This document shows, in pieces, positions 62,734 to 64,000 of a stretch of DNA of 64,000 nt. The translations under genes and the position numbers were made by a program. Position 1 is the first letter of the stretch; each line of letters opens with the position of its first letter. Source of the DNA: an uncultured Nitrospiraceae bacterium (GTDB taxonomy: Bacteria > Nitrospirota > Thermodesulfovibrionia > Thermodesulfovibrionales > Dissulfurispiraceae); NCBI GenBank assembly GCA_963705105.1, contig CAVPIW010000012.1, positions 352,001-416,000 of the forward strand, given 5' to 3'. The notes beneath the pieces were generated by a model. It did no database searches and was not told the DNA's origin. It saw only the letters and a list, made by a program, of their open reading frames with translations.

Positions 62734-62916
62734 TCATGAAGAGATGGTGACGCAGCTCATGGGTGTCGTGCATTGCGCCTGCAGCGCGCCTGCACTGACG
62801 GCGGTCTTGCAGGCCGCGAGCACCGCTTCTTCCGGTCTCAAATGGACCTGTTTGATTTCAGGTTTCACATAGGGTTTTTTCGGTCTTTTTGCATTCTGTT
62901 GATTACTTTCACTCAT
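62734..62916 (-). CDS. Putative RiPP precursor peptide, 60 aa
   Basis: KKPYVKPEI leader motif, three Cys in a small-residue core, C-terminal Ser-Ser; SD AGGAGGAG; lies between rSAM/SPASM and kinase genes. Confidence 0.8.
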   Translation of the reverse strand: MSESNQQNAKRPKKPYVKPEIKQVHLRPEEAVLAACKTAVSAGALQAQCTTPMSCVTISS

Positions 62917-63016
62917 CTCTCCTCCTACTCATAAAAAAGCACGGTGAAGCATCTTAAAGATGTCTCACGCAAAGTCGCAAAGAGCGCAAAGAAAGAAACA
63001 TCTTCTATCACATATC

Positions 63017-63042
63017 GGGACGTTCGGGGGACGGCCCCTACA
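63017..63042 (-). repeat. GTAG-type REP overlapping the radical SAM stop codon
   Basis: Minus strand GTAGGGGCCGTCCCCCGAACGTCCC. Confidence 0.65.
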
Positions 63043-64000
63043 AAACAGCATCTGTTGTTGCACATTCCCTGTGAGGAACGTGCATACCGAGGGTTTCCGC
63101 TCTCAGGTGCGCAACCCGGCAGAGAAAGTCGACAGGCTCTTCCTCATCTCCGTTCTCGATCTCCCCTTGAGCAGGACACATGCCGCACATCGCCTTGAGC
63201 CCGCAATCAGTGCACCTGGTCCGTCTCGTTGCTTTTCGCTGCCTTATCTTGGGGATGAAGTCTTCCCATCCCTCACGAAAGGTCCCGCATCGCAGATCAT
63301 AACCATCGCCGTTTGAGAGCGCACAGATCCGCAGCATGCCATAGGGATCGACGGCAAAGGAATGGATGCCGCCGCCGCAACTGTATAAATCATCGCCCGT
63401 TCTGTGAGGATCGACCAAACTGTCGCAGATCTTGCAGAACCTCCGCCATTCCGCCATCCTCCTCGGGTCCTGCATGTCGAGATCCACCACCTCCTGCGGA
63501 GAAAGTCTCGCAGCGAGAGGGTCCGCAGAACAGTCGATACGGGGGGTGATCATGGCGTCAAACCGGAACTCAAGTCCCCATTCCTCTTCGGCAACCTTTT
63601 TCATACCCTCCAACTCGTGACTGTTGAGAGTGAGCGCCATGGTCTTGAGTCTGAGCGGAAGTCCCCGTTCCCCAAGAAGACGAATCCCGCGCACGCATTG
63701 TTCGTAAGACCCGACGACACCCGTCACATCGTCATGGGTCTTCGCGTTGGCGCCGTACAGGGTGATCTCGATCAGGAAAGGGGGCTGCTCGGCGAGATAG
63801 TCCGCAATGGCCGGGGTTAGGAGAGTCCCGTTCGTAAAGAGGGTGATGAGAAATCCTTTTTCCTTCGCATACGCGTAGATGTCCGGGAAATCGTTCCGGA
63901 CAAAAATCTCACCTCCGGTGTAAAGGAGCCACAGGCAGCCGGCCTCCGCCATTTCGTCGAGGACGCGACGATGCTCTTCGCAGGTGAGTTCCCCGGACCG
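63038..64000 (-). CDS. Radical SAM/SPASM maturase, 5'-truncated by the window edge
   Basis: TGGEIF, FTNGTLL, SPASM CGGG...C...C..C.....C..CP...C; frame open to the window end, CxxxCxxC not visible. Confidence 0.88.
   Translation of the reverse strand, partial: RSGELTCEEHRRVLDEMAEAGCLWLLYTGGEIFVRNDFPDIYAYAKEKGFLITLFTNGTLLTPAIADYLAEQPPFLIEITLYGANAKTHDDVTGVVGSYEQCVRGIRLLGERGLPLRLKTMALTLNSHELEGMKKVAEEEWGLEFRFDAMITPRIDCSADPLAARLSPQEVVDLDMQDPRRMAEWRRFCKICDSLVDPHRTGDDLYSCGGGIHSFAVDPYGMLRICALSNGDGYDLRCGTFREGWEDFIPKIRQRKATRRTRCTDCGLKAMCGMCPAQGEIENGDEEEPVDFLCRVAHLRAETLGMHVPHRECATTDAVL

Noticed and set aside
62734..62916. Precursor as a lasso peptide
   Set aside because: No acidic ring residue in the core and no lasso cyclase or B2 protease in the window; the adjacent enzyme is rSAM/SPASM

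Overview
GC-rich bacterial chromosome segment. Gene content suggests an anaerobe such as Nitrospirota/Thermodesulfovibrionia or Desulfobacterota (inference only). The left third holds secreted and periplasmic proteins (SYLF, FG-GAP, a c-type cytochrome, an M6 protease) and a PerR/Fur-headed oxidative/nitrosative stress cluster (ferritin-like protein, rubredoxins, desulforedoxin, FprA, rubrerythrin, octaheme HAO-family cytochrome). LPS heptosyltransferases and tRNA-Ser(TGA) follow. From 24.3 kb to the window end lies a ~40 kb, almost entirely minus-strand block: radical SAM/SPASM, a 60-aa YxxP-leader Cys-containing precursor, an HPr-kinase-like protein, an S24/S26 peptidase, a ~2590-aa beta-helix/C25 gingipain-type surface protein, a hybrid Wza/Wzc plus Wzm/Wzt polysaccharide locus, and a terminal NTP_transf_5 nucleotidyltransferase. 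This block is the best candidate for an undescribed system (a RiPP-like peptide coupled to a surface glycan). Intergenic spaces carry several families of palindromic or MITE-like repeats. One is a GTCA-tagged palindrome pair enclosing a GIY-YIG nuclease gene, with three empty copies elsewhere. Six single-base frameshifts in otherwise intact genes look like sequencing or assembly errors.
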